Below are positions 19,591-31,636 of a stretch of DNA of 64,000 nucleotides, piece by piece. Position numbers and translations under genes: made by a program. Position 1 is the stretch's first letter. Each line of letters opens with the position of its first letter. Origin of the DNA: an uncultured virus (IMG/VR IMGVR_UViG_3300033233_000003) (taxonomy: Duplodnaviria > Heunggongvirae > Uroviricota > Caudoviricetes); IMG/VR virus record IMGVR_UViG_3300033233_000003, one strand, 5' to 3'. Below the pieces are notes generated by a model that saw nothing but the letters and a program-made list of their open reading frames with translations, did no database searches and was not told the DNA's origin.

Positions 19591-20306
19591 GCCTCCTCCC
19601 GCTCGCGATCGTGGTCGCCGTCGGCCGAGGCGGCGTCATCGGCAAGGCCGGCAAGATCCCCTGGCACTTCTCCGAGGACATGCGCCACTTCAAGGAGCTG
19701 ACCACCGGTCACGCCGTCGTCATGGGGCGCAAGACCTTCGACTCCATCGGCAAGCCGCTGCCGAATCGTCGCAACATCGTCGTCACGCGAACGCCGAAGG
19801 AGATGCTGCGTCGAGGCTTGTTGGACCCGGTCGGCGGCACCATCGAGTTCACGTACAGTCTGCACGAAGCGGTCGCGATGGCGAGCGAGGGCTCTCCGCT
19901 CTTCGCCGCCGATCCGGAGCCGCGCATCATCGGCGGTTCCGAGATCTACGCCCTGGCCATGTGTGATGGGAAATTGCTCCCCTATCAAACGATGCGGATC
20001 TTCCTGACCGAGGTCGACGTGGAGGTCGAGGGCGGCGACAGCCACTTCCCGATGGACACGCTCTTGGACTTCGAGGAGGTCTCGCGAAGGCCTGGCGAGG
20101 ATCCGAAGCTCAGCTTCGTCGAGCTGAGGAGAACGAAGATCGTGAGGACCATAAGGTGCAACATCCCTGCGAAGACGCTGCCGCCGTGCGACCTAGAATG
20201 GGGCCACGGTGGAGACATGCACGCCAGCGCCGGCGATGGCTTCTACGCGAGAGATCATCTCGACGAGCATCATCGACGACAGGCGGCAAAAGAACGGAAG
20301 TGCTGA
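19587..20306 (+). CDS. folA: Dihydrofolate reductase with C-terminal extension
   Basis: VIGKAGKIPWHFSEDMRHFKELTTGHAVVMGRKTFDSIGKPLPNRRNIVVTR, IIGGSEIY, GDSHFP. Confidence 0.93.
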   Translation: MSLLPLAIVVAVGRGGVIGKAGKIPWHFSEDMRHFKELTTGHAVVMGRKTFDSIGKPLPNRRNIVVTRTPKEMLRRGLLDPVGGTIEFTYSLHEAVAMASEGSPLFAADPEPRIIGGSEIYALAMCDGKLLPYQTMRIFLTEVDVEVEGGDSHFPMDTLLDFEEVSRRPGEDPKLSFVELRRTKIVRTIRCNIPAKTLPPCDLEWGHGGDMHASAGDGFYARDHLDEHHRRQAAKERKC

Positions 20307-20678
20307 GATGGGCATGTTCGGACCGAAGCTCGGCACGTGGTGGGTCAGCTCCAAGGTCGACGCACGATGGAACAAGAACGGCCGAGGCTATGGTCTAGTG
20401 ACGGCCGTGGCCCCGGGCGAGATCAACGAATGGATGGAGGTTTGTCGACGTGAATTCGGACCACCACCCGACGATCTGGAAGTCGGCTTCATGAAGGACT
20501 GAGACGAACGTGGCGACGTGCGCTCCTGAGGCTCAAACCGATCGTGAGTCGCCTGCCTCTCGATCGCGTGCCTCTCGATCGGGGTGCGCCTGAGTCGAGC
20601 CTCGGCGCGCCCGTCGCGCCGATCTCGCGCGGGCCGACCTTCCGGGACAAAACCTGGATCTAGCGAGCGTCCTCTCTC

Positions 20679-23600
20679 TTGACGCGCGTGATCACGTCGT
20701 GTATACACATGGACGTGTCCTCGATCGAAGACGACGAAGCCGTGCAACGAGTCAAGGAGCGCTTCTCGCCCGAGCAGCGGGCCCGCATCGATCAGTTCTT
20801 GGACGGCCTGTCGGAAGAGCAGATCCGATCCATCGTGAGGCCCATGACGGAGACCCAGAGGGAGACCCTGCTCCTTCTCATGCTCGAAAGCGGTAGAGAC
20901 ATCCACCCGGTCGACCGCATGTGGCTCGACGATCGGCTCGCCGCGAAGGCTCGATCCGACATGAAGGCTTCCCTCATCGCGCAGCTGAAGGTGCTCCTCG
21001 ACGTGGCCGGAGCCACCACGGCTTGGAGCGAGATCGAGTCGCAGCTCATTGGACTCTCGGAGCACGTGCTCTTCGCGCTCGTCTACCGTGTGGAGCGGGC
21101 GCGTGGCGACGCGTTCGACGAGGGCGTCGACGCGCGAAGACGCGTCGCCGATGATGTCGACGGCCGAAGGCGAGAGGAAGGGCTGCAGCGATGATGCATC
21201 AGATGGAAATGCTCCGTCGATTCCAGATCACGAGGTCAGGTTATGACTGTATCCACAACCCCTGCGGCGAGGGTCGCTGTGGCATCGATCCAGGCGGCAG
21301 CCACGGCATCCACAACGACGAGTGGGTCTTCGCCGCGGCGGACGATGAGTTCGGAACCTCGCTGACGGTTTGGACCGGAGTCTTCCCGTCGAGCGTCGAC
21401 ACCTCGAAGTTGACGGGCACGAGTCTCATGAGCAGGCGTGGCATGTTCTTCCACGAACACGCGACTTTCTTGACCGGACGCAGGGCCGTGCTCGACGCCG
21501 TCGAGCCGGAGGAGTGCCCGTTTCTCGGAAAGTGCTTCTCGGCGGATGCCTCCACGATCGAATACGCCGAGAAGTTCTTCGCCTCCTTCGTCGAGGGTCT
21601 TCCCGAGAATCTGGATCCATCCGGCGCCCCGCCGCCGAACATGCCGGAAAAATTCTGGGAGAGGATGATCGGGGAATGGGTGGAGAGGGCGCGGGCCGCG
21701 AAGGAAGACCGCACCGACGAGTGGCGGCGATGTCCAACGTGTCACGGCGATGGGACGGTTCCAGCCAAGCTCTTGATCTTCGGTTCCAACGAATCGAGCA
21801 GCCGTGAAGCGGACAGGAAGGACGACGCGCGATGAGCAAAGCTCGATCGAAAAAAAGAGACGGCGGCATCGCGCTCTCTGCCGACACAGTTGAGTCCAGC
21901 GGCCGTGGAGCGGACCGCGTGGAGAAGGCGTACATCGAGGCGGAGATGCGAGATCCGAAATCCAAGCTCGTGAACTGGCCGCCCTCGCGCGGCCCCATGC
22001 CGAAGCACATGCTGAAAAAATCGAAGTTCAAAGTGCCGCGCTTCGAGCTGAAGCTCGTCGAGCCGACTCGAAAGAACATCGACGACGGCGATCCACTGGT
22101 CGTGTTCGCGCGTGCCGAGGGGCGCAAACGAAGAGGGGCTGGGAGAGGGAAGAAGCGACTCGATCTTTCGCTCTGGCAGCAGGTGTCGGAGACCGCCACG
22201 CTCACTCCCGAGCAGTGGGGCCTCGTCGGCGGCGCGGCGAAGGACAAGCGGCGCCACGGCGGCGCCAAGCTCGTGACGTACCTCTGGATGGATGACCTCG
22301 TCGGACCGGACAGAGTGGTGCCGGACGGGGTGAAGCACATTCGAGGCAAGAAGAGCAAAGGCATTCCCGTAAACTGGACGCGGCCGGGGCCGCCGAAGGA
22401 GCTGACGTTCGACCTCAGCTACCCCCTGAACAAGATCGGACGGGTGACGATCCGTCCCTACGAGGTCAACGGGCACCTCCAGATGACGGTCGGCTACGTG
22501 CTCTGGCAACTCGCCCAGGCCTACCTGCAGATCTACGAGGAGCACGAGCGCTACGGCGTCTGGGGCCACGCGATCGACGACATCGGCTTCGAGACCATGA
22601 CGATCGTCGGCGACCTCGGCTTCGTCGGGATGGGGTCGTGAGATGGGCCGAGAGATTCGCCGCGTGCCCCTCGACTTCGACTGGCCGCTCCACAAGCTCT
22701 GGCGCGGGTTCGAGAATCCTCACTACAGGGAGTGTCCCGGCTCGGAGGGCGACGCCTGCGTCGCCGGCTACAGCGCGGCCGGCAAGTGGTTCAACTCGAT
22801 CGTCTCTCTGATCCAACTCATCGGCGATGAGGCGGTAGAGCGCACGCCAGAGCATTCGTGCGTGAGAAATTCAGACCCTCATCCGTACCTCACGGAGTGG
22901 CCGCAGGCCCCGCGCCACGATCTCCCGTACGCAGAGAGGGTGAAGATCCGAGCGCTCGACGACAGGGCCGAGAGGCGACGAGCGCTCGACGACGCACTTC
23001 GTCGATTTCCGCCGAGGGTCCTGCCTCTGACCGGGGAGCTTGCCGGACTCGTTCGAGGCCTCGCGGGAAACGAGAAGCGTGGCTTCGGTCCACGCTTGCA
23101 CTTCAGCGACCATGCGATCGACGAGGCTCTTCGACGGGCCGCGGGCCTCGACGAGAACTGGGGCGTCTGCATGATCTGCAACGGCAGCGGCATCGATCCC
23201 GCAGTGTGCGAGGCGTACGACGCGTGGGAGGAAGAGGATCCGCCGGTAGGCGAAGGCTGGCAGCTGTGGGAGACCGTCACGGAGGGGTCTCCGGTCTCGC
23301 CTGTCCTGCCGACGCGCGAGGCCTTCGTCGACTGGCTCGTGAAGAGCGGACAGACCCGCAAGGCTGCCGAGGCATTCACCGCGGAGGGGTGGTGCCCGAG
23401 CGGGATGATCGTCGACGGGAAAGTCTACGAGGGCATCGAGTCTGTCGGGATCAAGGATGATTCGCCATGAGCACTGGCAGCCTCGGCGTGGACGACGAGC
23501 GACGCACGCGCCTGCTGGAGAACGGACACGTGGCGATCTGGCTCGTGAAGGACTTCTGTTGGTGCAGCGGCTTTCGGGCGCTCGGCGTGTCGATGGCGAT

Positions 23601-26088
23601 CCCGACCGTGGGCCTCGCCGCCTACCTCGTCTATCGAACGCGCCGCGAGCTGCGAGACCTCACACACAACCTCGCCGTGCTGCTGTGGCTCTGCGCGAAC
23701 ACAACGTGGATGGTTGGCGAGTTCTGGTTTTCGGACACGACCAGGCCGACGGCGAAGGTGTTTTTCGTCGCCGGGCTCATCGCGCTCTGCCTCTTCTACC
23801 TCTGGGCGCTCGGGAATCGAACGAGCGATCTGAAGGAGGAGACATGAAGTCGAAACCCAGCGGCCGCGAAGCGGACCGCGTCAGCGAGGTCGTCTCCGCG
23901 TCTCTCGTTGCGCTGGAGCGACCTGCACCGCCGCTCGACCGCGCGCTCGCTGCGATCGAGGAGCTGGTGGAGGCCGCGGTCCGCGGCAAGGCCAGGACGC
24001 GCTTCGGCGACGCCGCGCGCATCTGCGCGGTGGGCACGCAGCTCCAGTCGGCGACGGCCGAAGGCGTGCTCGATGACCCAGCGCTCGGCTTCGATTGCGG
24101 CGGAAACGTCGCGAACTACGGCTGGGCTCCTGCCATGGGCGCCAATCCCAATCGAGCGGGTGCCGTCTATCGCGGTGACGGCCAGCAGAATCAGATGGAC
24201 CAGAACCAGATGATCCAGCAGATCATGGCGCAGGCGGGGCCGATGGTGGTGTCGCAGGCCGCGAGCTACCGGGCGATCGAACTGCGGGACCTGCAGCGGG
24301 CGCTCGACGAGAGCAAGAGCCTGAAGACTCGGCGCGTGATCCGTGCGCGCATCGCGGCGATCATCGACCAGATGGCGGAGCAGACGGAACAAGCGAATCG
24401 CGAGAAGCACTCAGCAGCAAATGGCGTGAAAGGACGAGAACATGCAGACAGCGGAAGAACTGGTGATCCCGACCTGGCTCATCCCGAGCCTCTACGGCGA
24501 CGTGCGCCTGGAGGCGGACCGAACGGTCGAAGGAATGGAGGCGACGATCCTCGTCGCTCAGAACCTCTCGCCGACCGAGGAGGCGGCGATGGAGATCTTG
24601 CGCAGGCGCGCGATCGCCGAACCGAGGAAGTTCTGGCCGCTGCGCATCGGGAAGATCCCGTGGGCGACGGCGGAGGATTTCCGCCCCATCGTCGAAAAGA
24701 CGTACAGGGAGACGGAGGTGAAGGTGCGCCTGCGCGCTCCGATCGCAGCGGTCGCGGCCGTGCTCGGAAGGGCGATGAAGCCAGGTCGGCGCATCGTGTC
24801 GGTCGTCAAGTTCGCGGACGGTAGGATCGAGGAGATCCACGGCGCGGCGACGACCGTGACATCCGCCGCGACCGCGATGACGACGGCCCTCGCCCTGCCA
24901 GCGAAAACCGAGAAAGAGATCGTCAAAACCGAAAAGAAGAAGGACTCGATCGTCAAGAAGGTCGTCGTGGAAGTCGCAGCGACCGTCGCTGCGCCGACGA
25001 TCGGCTGCCCCGCGCCTGATTTCGGCAAGAGCGAGGTCCGCGCGCGTCGCGTGCTCCTGACGTTCCTCGACGACAGGCAGAAGGAGGATCTGCAGAAGAC
25101 TGGACGGTTCGTCACCAAGGGTCAGGACACGGGGCGGCGCTACCTCTTGTCGCTCCGCGACGGGCCCGAGGGACTGATGCGCACGGGCGGGCGCGGCGTC
25201 TACGACCTCGACGCCTCGTCGTCTCCACGATGCGGGCTGAATCCTCGCGACGTCTCTTTCCACGGCGGTCCGCTCTGCGTGCACGACTGGACCGTGCCGC
25301 CCTCCGAGGAGGTCCTGGCGATCCACCTGATGCTCAGCTTGCCTGGACGCGAGAGCCTGATGCGGAGGCTGCCGGAGATCTTGGGCCAGCAGCCGCGAAG
25401 CGGACTGCGTTGAAGGCGATGAGCGCCTATCAAGAAGACAAGTCGCTCGCGATCAAAGAGATCCTGGCCGGGCTCTCGCAGCTGCGCAACCAAGAGCAAC
25501 GCTTCTCCGAGGGAGGCCTCGGGAATCGCAATGCCCCCGAGGTGCTGGAACAATTCAGGCTGCGGCGTGAGGCCATGGAGGCGCGCGTCGAACGGCTGCT
25601 GAAGCCGGAAGAGTCGTGATGACCGGCTTCAACGTCGACGAGCGCGATCGGCTCAATCTCACGCGGTCCGCTTCGCGGCCGCTCGAAGAGATTCCATCAT
25701 GACACCGTGTCCGCTCTTCTGCTCGATCTGCGAGCGAGTCCTACGCCCGGATGAGATCTGGTACATCCTCAGGGCGCCTGAAGCGTTCACCACGTGCTGC
25801 GCGAGAGATCGAAGGCTGACGCTCGCGATTCCGCCGAAACCGGGCTGGCGCTGCCTCGAATTCCACAGCCCTTGCGATGAGCAGCAGGCCGATCAGAGAG
25901 ATTGCTGCACGATCTGCGGCGTCGAGAAAATGGTGCACCCATATCGATGCGCGGAGTGCGACGAGATCGTCGATGTAACGTGGTCCCCTTCGCGGCCACC
26001 TCACTCATGTGGCGAAGTCGCAAAGCAGCTCCGTCGAGAACTCGAAGCGCTCCAGAGGAAGATCCAGCACGCGTCGGAGGATCGATGA
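20679..26088 (+). other. Run of coupled hypothetical ORFs (20679-21194, 21191-21835, 21832-22641, 22643-23470, 23467-23847 membrane, 23844 onward, 24442-25413, 25419-25619, 25699-26088)
   Basis: Start/stop overlaps and SD motifs; several CxxC motifs; no family recognised. Confidence 0.6.
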
Positions 26089-26412
26089 GCGTCACCCGCA
26101 CCATGGTCCAGTGTCATCGATGTGGTCGCTACCACCACGGAGAGCTGGAGCAGGCCGAGTATGACCACGAGGCCGCCATGAACGTGGCCTATCAACGGGC
26201 TCGCGCCGATGGCTGGATGGACGACTCGACCTCGTGGCTTTGGCGCAGAATTCCCATCCGTCTCCTAATTTCTTCTCGGTCGCCGCATCCGTCTCAATAT
26301 TCGCTCCTCGCATTTCCTTCTCCGTCACGTTCGTTGAAACCGTCTCTTTATTCAACCTCCGATTTCCTCGGTTCCAAGTGAGTCGCTCGACCTCGGCCGT
26401 CGTCCATCGGGA

Positions 26413-27000
26413 ATGGCTAACGACCTCGCACGTACCATCGACCGATCTCGCTCGATCTTCACGAACCTGCTCAGGCAGCTTCCGCCAGTCGACCGCGACC
26501 GGCACCTCACCAAGCACGCCGACGATATTCAAAGCTCGATCGACGACGTGCTCGCCGACCTCGACGGCGCTCCCCCGGTCTCCCTGCGTTCCCGAGCAAG
26601 AGGCCGCCCGCCCGGCGTGTCGAACACGCCGATGCCCCAGGTGCCGGCCAACGACGCGGGCGTGGCTACCGAGCCGCACGTCCACGACGCGGCGTGCGAG
26701 CACCTGCACGAAGCCGTGGCGAAGGCCGAGGGCGCGACCGTCCCGAGCGCCGTCCGCGCCGTGCTTGCGAGCGAGACGATCGGACTGCCGCCGAAGCAGG
26801 TCATCGCAGGCGTCAAACTCCTCCGACCCGAGACGGACGACGAGTCCGTGCATGGCGCGCTGCATCAGATGTGGCGGCGCGGCGAACTCGCCCGCGAGGG
26901 CGTCCACAAGAACTACCGCTATCGCCTCGTCCCGCTCACGAGCCTCGGGTCCGGCGTCGTCCACATGGAGGGTCGCGGACCGGGAGGTGAGACGCACTAG
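26413..27000 (+). CDS. Winged-HTH accessory protein (element D)
   Basis: TVPSAVRAVLASE...VHGALHQMWRRGELAREGVHKNYRY. Confidence 0.8.
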   Translation: MANDLARTIDRSRSIFTNLLRQLPPVDRDRHLTKHADDIQSSIDDVLADLDGAPPVSLRSRARGRPPGVSNTPMPQVPANDAGVATEPHVHDAACEHLHEAVAKAEGATVPSAVRAVLASETIGLPPKQVIAGVKLLRPETDDESVHGALHQMWRRGELAREGVHKNYRYRLVPLTSLGSGVVHMEGRGPGGETH

Positions 27001-27076
27001 CCTGCGATCCCGCAGCGACGCACGCGCGGGATGTCCAAACGAACCCCACCGACCCTCGCGGTCGGCTGGCCGAGGT

Positions 27077-27271
27077 CTACCCTTCGCCACCGCCGGCCGT
27101 TCCCTTCGCACTCGCGAGAGCGAGCGAGCGCAGCCAGCCCGACACGTCGAGCCCGGCGGCCTTCGCCGCTTCCGTGATCACCCGCTTCTGCTCCGAGGTT
27201 ACCGTGACCTTGATCACGTCCTCTTTCCGTTCCGACTGCGTTTTCCGCCTCTTCTTCCGCTCTGTTCCCAT
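27077..27271 (-). CDS. Ribbon-helix-helix regulator (element D)
   Basis: VIKVTVTSEQKRVITEAAKAAGLDVSGWLR. Confidence 0.85.
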   Translation of the reverse strand: MGTERKKRRKTQSERKEDVIKVTVTSEQKRVITEAAKAAGLDVSGWLRSLALASAKGTAGGGEG

Positions 27272-27352
27272 CGTGACATAACGGTATGGCCCCAGCATGG
27301 CCCTGTCAAGGCCCCCCTTGACACGTGGCCCCAACGTGGCCATGCTGTGGCC

Positions 27353-28639
27353 ATGATGAACGTGGATCAGGGACAGGCGGTTCGGGCGCAGAAGGCCATG
27401 ACGATCGCGAAGCAAGAGCGCATCGCAAAGCGCGGCCACCTCTGGGTCGTGCCCTCACAGAGCCACCAGGGCCACTACGTCGTGTCCAACGACGTGGTGA
27501 ACGGCATGCCCACTTGGGAATGCTCCTGTCCCGACTACGCGACCCGCGGTCAGCCGTGCAAGCACGTGATCGCGGTCGAGATCGTCAGACACCGATCGAT
27601 GCCCGACGGTTCCACCGTCACCGAGACACTTCGCGTCACGTATCGGCAGAACTGGCCGGCGTACGAGGCTGCGCAGGTCCATGAGAAGGAGCATTTCCGG
27701 CTCCTGCTTCGCGACCTTTGCAGCGGCATCGTAACCGTCCCGCACAAGGCCGCAGGTCGCCCTCGAATGCCGCTCGCCGACGTGGTCTTCGGCTGCGCGA
27801 TGAAGGTCTACTCGACCGTCTCGGGTCGTCGGGCGATGACCGACATCGAGGACTGTCACAAGATGGACCTGATCGCGAACGTCCCCGACGAGAAGACGCT
27901 CTTCCGCTACATGGGCAACCCAGCGCTGACACCGCTGCTGTCAGACCTGATCACGCAGACAGCGCTTCCTCTTCGCGGCGTCGAGTCGTGCTTCGCGGTG
28001 GACTCGACTGGCTTCGCCAATTCAACGTACGTCCGCTGGTTCGATGAGAAATACGGTTCGGAGCGGAGCCACAAGACGTGGGTAAAGGCCCACGTGATGT
28101 GCGGCGTGAAGACCCACGTGATCACGAGCGCGATCATCACGCCTATGAACGGCGCAGACTGCCCGCAGTTCAAAAACCTCGTGGAAGACACGGCGCGGCA
28201 CTTCAACATCGTCGAGGTCAGCGCCGACAAGGCATATCTCTCGCGCGAGAACGTCGGCCTCGTCGATTCGCTCGGCGCCTACCCCTACATCGAGTTCAAG
28301 GACGGGACCGGCGAAGGCACGATTGGTAGGGACGGCCGTGCGGCGCCCTTCGCGAAGCTCTGGGCAAAGCTCTTCCACGCCTACCAGTACGACCGCGAGA
28401 ACTTCCTCACGCACTACCATCGGCGGTCGAACGTTGAGAGCGTCTTCGCCATGATCAAGGCGAAGTTCGGAGCGGCAGTACGCTCGACCTCGCCGATCGC
28501 GCAGATGAACGAAGCGCTGGTCAAGATTCTCTGCCACAACATCGTGGTCAACGTAAGCGCCATCTACGAGCTTGGCATGACCCCCATTCTCGGCCCCGCC
28601 GCCGCTGGTAATCTGATCCTCCAAAGCGGGGCCGCGTGA
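27353..28639 (+). CDS. SWIM zinc finger-DDE transposase, element D
   Basis: CSCPD...CKH; AVDSTGF, SADKAY, YHRRSNVESVFAMIK. TTGACA-17-CATGCT lies 6 nt before the ATG. Confidence 0.92.
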   Translation: MMNVDQGQAVRAQKAMTIAKQERIAKRGHLWVVPSQSHQGHYVVSNDVVNGMPTWECSCPDYATRGQPCKHVIAVEIVRHRSMPDGSTVTETLRVTYRQNWPAYEAAQVHEKEHFRLLLRDLCSGIVTVPHKAAGRPRMPLADVVFGCAMKVYSTVSGRRAMTDIEDCHKMDLIANVPDEKTLFRYMGNPALTPLLSDLITQTALPLRGVESCFAVDSTGFANSTYVRWFDEKYGSERSHKTWVKAHVMCGVKTHVITSAIITPMNGADCPQFKNLVEDTARHFNIVEVSADKAYLSRENVGLVDSLGAYPYIEFKDGTGEGTIGRDGRAAPFAKLWAKLFHAYQYDRENFLTHYHRRSNVESVFAMIKAKFGAAVRSTSPIAQMNEALVKILCHNIVVNVSAIYELGMTPILGPAAAGNLILQSGAA

Positions 28640-28911
28640 TCACCATGACGTGTGAGGCCACGAGGCTCGACGCGGCCGACGCGGAGGTGCCGTGCTGCCA
28701 GCAGGTAACGATTCAACGTGGGGACTTCGCGCTCTGCGATCAGTGTTCGACGGAGCAATTCACCTGTGAGTGTCCCGCTCCCGAGCGGCGCCTCTACATC
28801 GTTACTGGACATGGCGGATCAAGCGCAGTCTGCGCGTACTGTGATGACTGCGCTGCGCTCGCGGAGATGGACTGGAGCGGCGAGACGGCCGCCATTCGGG
28901 TGGCGTCGTGA
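28636..28911 (+). CDS. Small Cys-rich protein (first cargo gene of D)
   Basis: GTGA overlap with the transposase; multiple CxxC. Confidence 0.55.
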   Translation: MITMTCEATRLDAADAEVPCCQQVTIQRGDFALCDQCSTEQFTCECPAPERRLYIVTGHGGSSAVCAYCDDCAALAEMDWSGETAAIRVAS

Positions 28912-29210
28912 CCGTCACAGAGATCGTGCTGACAGTGCTTCGCACCACACCCGGCGTTGTGCCAGGAGCACTGCCATGGCTTACCATGCGCGAAATCATC
29001 GATCGCGCAGCCGAACGCGGGGAGACGATCTCGCTGAACACGGTGGCCTCCGCGCTCGCGAATGTCGAGTCTGGCGCTCTCTACGTGGATCGCTCACGGC
29101 GACCCTTTAGGTATCGGACGAAGCGAGGCGCTGAAGAAATCAAGCAACCGGAATCGGGTTCGTGTCGATCCGTGAGTGGACAAGCAAAGTCCACTGGAGG
29201 TGGCTCGTGA
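28908..29210 (+). CDS. Small winged-HTH-like protein (cargo of D)
   Basis: Near-identical to 417-656. Confidence 0.7.
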   Translation: MTVTEIVLTVLRTTPGVVPGALPWLTMREIIDRAAERGETISLNTVASALANVESGALYVDRSRRPFRYRTKRGAEEIKQPESGSCRSVSGQAKSTGGGS

Positions 29211-31636
29211 GCCGCACTGCGATGAGAGGCGTGATGCGCACTTCCAAGCGATCCTTCAAGTCCCGTCGCAAGGGAGAGCAGAACAACGTTCGCACAGATG
29301 AGTCCGCCTGTGATAACCGAAGGTTGGTGAGCGCGGCTTCGCGAATGGCGTGCAGCAACGACGCAGCCGCATTCGTTCGTGAATTCGTCGCCTTCACCGG
29401 TCTCTGCCCATCATTCGACGGGGAATACCTCAAGGCGTTGGAGAGGCTAGTAGCCTACCTGCGCAAGCGTCTCATCCGAGGGTTGCCGGAGCGACGCCGG
29501 TATTTCCTAGCGCACGCCAACTGGAAGTTCAGACTCAACAGCGAGCCGCTGGCGGCTTTCTATACGCGAGCCGCCGAGCATGGGATTACCTTCAACTACC
29601 AGCAGAAATGCACAGCCCAGCGAGCATTCGATCTCTCAGATCGCGCACTACTCGATGAATTGATCCGCGCGAGAGGTGTCTCCGTGTCTCTGGCTGCCAA
29701 GCTCCGGCAGTGCTTTCAGCCAGTGTCGACGGAGAGCACCCTCGCCCATCTGCGCGCCGAGTGCGCAAATCCATCCAAGCTGCGAAAAGAGAAGGGGGAA
29801 CGCGACATCGAGGGCGAGATCGTGAAGGCGCAGTTCAGTGCCTTCATGTGGTGCTCGCTCAGCGAACCAGAGATGCACGCCTACTTCGATCCGTATTTCG
29901 CGGAGGCGGAGTACCGCGAGTCTTTCTGGGAGCAGCTACAGGTTCGCTCTCCACATCTGTTCAACCGAAATCACGCGCTGCACATCGCTCGTTTGGATCA
30001 GTCTGTCTCCGTTCATCCTTCGTACGAAGCCTTGCGTGGATCGGTGTGCTCGATGGTGGAGCGAGCTTTCGCCTCTATCAACAACCACGGCTTTCTCGCT
30101 ATCATCCTAGATCCTTTCTGCGTCGATGGGCGCGATGTTCGGTGGGAGCTGACTGCGGATGTGATGCTGTTCGCCGAGAAGCACCGCGAAGTCTCGCTCG
30201 ACAAGGGTTACTTTCGGCCGGACAAGATCCGGGATGCGACGGCCGCTTACATTCCCACGCTAGATGCGGAGGCGGCCCGCTTCGATCTGGCTAACGAGGG
30301 ATTTACATATCGCGACTGCTTTGTCCTCGCAAGTACCGATAACGCCGTCGAACGCCTACTGCTCATCTTTCAGAAAAACGAGCGCGACGAGACGCCGATA
30401 GCCTGCCCCACGTGTCGCAGTTCCGACGTCCAAGGCAATTCGTATCCGAGTCTCGGCGTTCGCAGTTGGGAGTGCAACAACCTGCTCTGTCCCGATCGCA
30501 GCAAGTACAACCGCGGCAAGCGCTACTCGTTCCGATCGCTCGTGATGCAACAGGCAACCGATGACGACGAGAATCGGATTCCGGTCGAGAGCGTCCGTCG
30601 ATGGTCGCGCGATGTCGTCCTAGGCGTCAGTGTAGACGAGATCCTAGACATGCTGTTGCGTCACTACTCGATGCATGGAGATACCGTACACCTCGACAAC
30701 TGGTGTCGCTCCGTTGAGGGCGCGCGCCTCGGTCGCGCCATTCGATCCATTCCAGCCGTCAAGATCACTTCGACTCCGAAGGCAAGATTTTGGGATGGCC
30801 CCTTCTTCCATCGCTACGTGTGTCCAACGCCGATTGCCGCCACCAAGCGTCCTACGCATAACATGGGCTCTGACAATTTCGCGGTGCTGAATGGTGATGC
30901 CGAGGAAGTTCTCAGGAGCGTTCCGAGTGGCGGCTTCGACGGCGCCGTGACATCGCCGCCGTACTACAACGCTCGCGAATACGCCCAGTGGCCCAACATC
31001 TATTGCTACCTGTTCGACATGTTGCGCGTCGGTCGCGAGGTCTTCCGCACTCTCAAGCCTGGTGCGCTGTATCTCTACAACCTGTTCGACTACTTCGATA
31101 ACGAAAACTCCGTCGTTTTCTCGGCGATGGGCCAGAAGCGGATGCTTCTTTCGGCCTACACCGTCGATCTCTTCCGACGCATCGGCTTTGAGTGCGTTGG
31201 AAACGTCGTCTGGGACAAGGGAGAGATAGAGGGCAAGCGAGGATTCAACGCCGGCAATTTTTCTCCCTACTACCAGTCGCCGTTCAACTGCTGGGAACAT
31301 GTGCTCGTATTTCGTAAACCTGGGAGTGGACGATGCATCGCGACCGACTACGTGTTGCCGGCCAAGCCGGTGTTGAAGATGGTGCGCGGCGAAAACACTC
31401 ATGGCCACACGGCTCCATTTCCGGCGGCCATCCCAGAGCTAATCGTGACGGCGATGCAGAGTGGAGAAGTCGTGCTCGATCCATTTGGCGGGAGTTTGAC
31501 GACGGGGCGCGTCGCAGTTCGTCACGGCGTCGACGCTGTCTGCATCGAGCGCTCAGCGGAATATTGCCGTCTCGGGCTCAAGATGAAGCGCGAGGAGGAT
31601 GGCCAACTCGGGCTGTTCGCGCAACTCGTCGGCTAA
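29207..31636 (+). CDS. Large DNA methyltransferase with long N-terminal region and zinc finger
   Basis: TSPPYY, GHTAPFP, VLDPFGGS; CPTC...WECNNLLC; start uncertain. Confidence 0.85.
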   Translation: MSRTAMRGVMRTSKRSFKSRRKGEQNNVRTDESACDNRRLVSAASRMACSNDAAAFVREFVAFTGLCPSFDGEYLKALERLVAYLRKRLIRGLPERRRYFLAHANWKFRLNSEPLAAFYTRAAEHGITFNYQQKCTAQRAFDLSDRALLDELIRARGVSVSLAAKLRQCFQPVSTESTLAHLRAECANPSKLRKEKGERDIEGEIVKAQFSAFMWCSLSEPEMHAYFDPYFAEAEYRESFWEQLQVRSPHLFNRNHALHIARLDQSVSVHPSYEALRGSVCSMVERAFASINNHGFLAIILDPFCVDGRDVRWELTADVMLFAEKHREVSLDKGYFRPDKIRDATAAYIPTLDAEAARFDLANEGFTYRDCFVLASTDNAVERLLLIFQKNERDETPIACPTCRSSDVQGNSYPSLGVRSWECNNLLCPDRSKYNRGKRYSFRSLVMQQATDDDENRIPVESVRRWSRDVVLGVSVDEILDMLLRHYSMHGDTVHLDNWCRSVEGARLGRAIRSIPAVKITSTPKARFWDGPFFHRYVCPTPIAATKRPTHNMGSDNFAVLNGDAEEVLRSVPSGGFDGAVTSPPYYNAREYAQWPNIYCYLFDMLRVGREVFRTLKPGALYLYNLFDYFDNENSVVFSAMGQKRMLLSAYTVDLFRRIGFECVGNVVWDKGEIEGKRGFNAGNFSPYYQSPFNCWEHVLVFRKPGSGRCIATDYVLPAKPVLKMVRGENTHGHTAPFPAAIPELIVTAMQSGEVVLDPFGGSLTTGRVAVRHGVDAVCIERSAEYCRLGLKMKREEDGQLGLFAQLVG

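Noticed and set aside
20544..20616. Further copies of the GTGAGY-N17-CGTC motif in an intergenic region
   Set aside because: One has CGTG and the other a 16-nt spacer, and neither has an ATG at +8.
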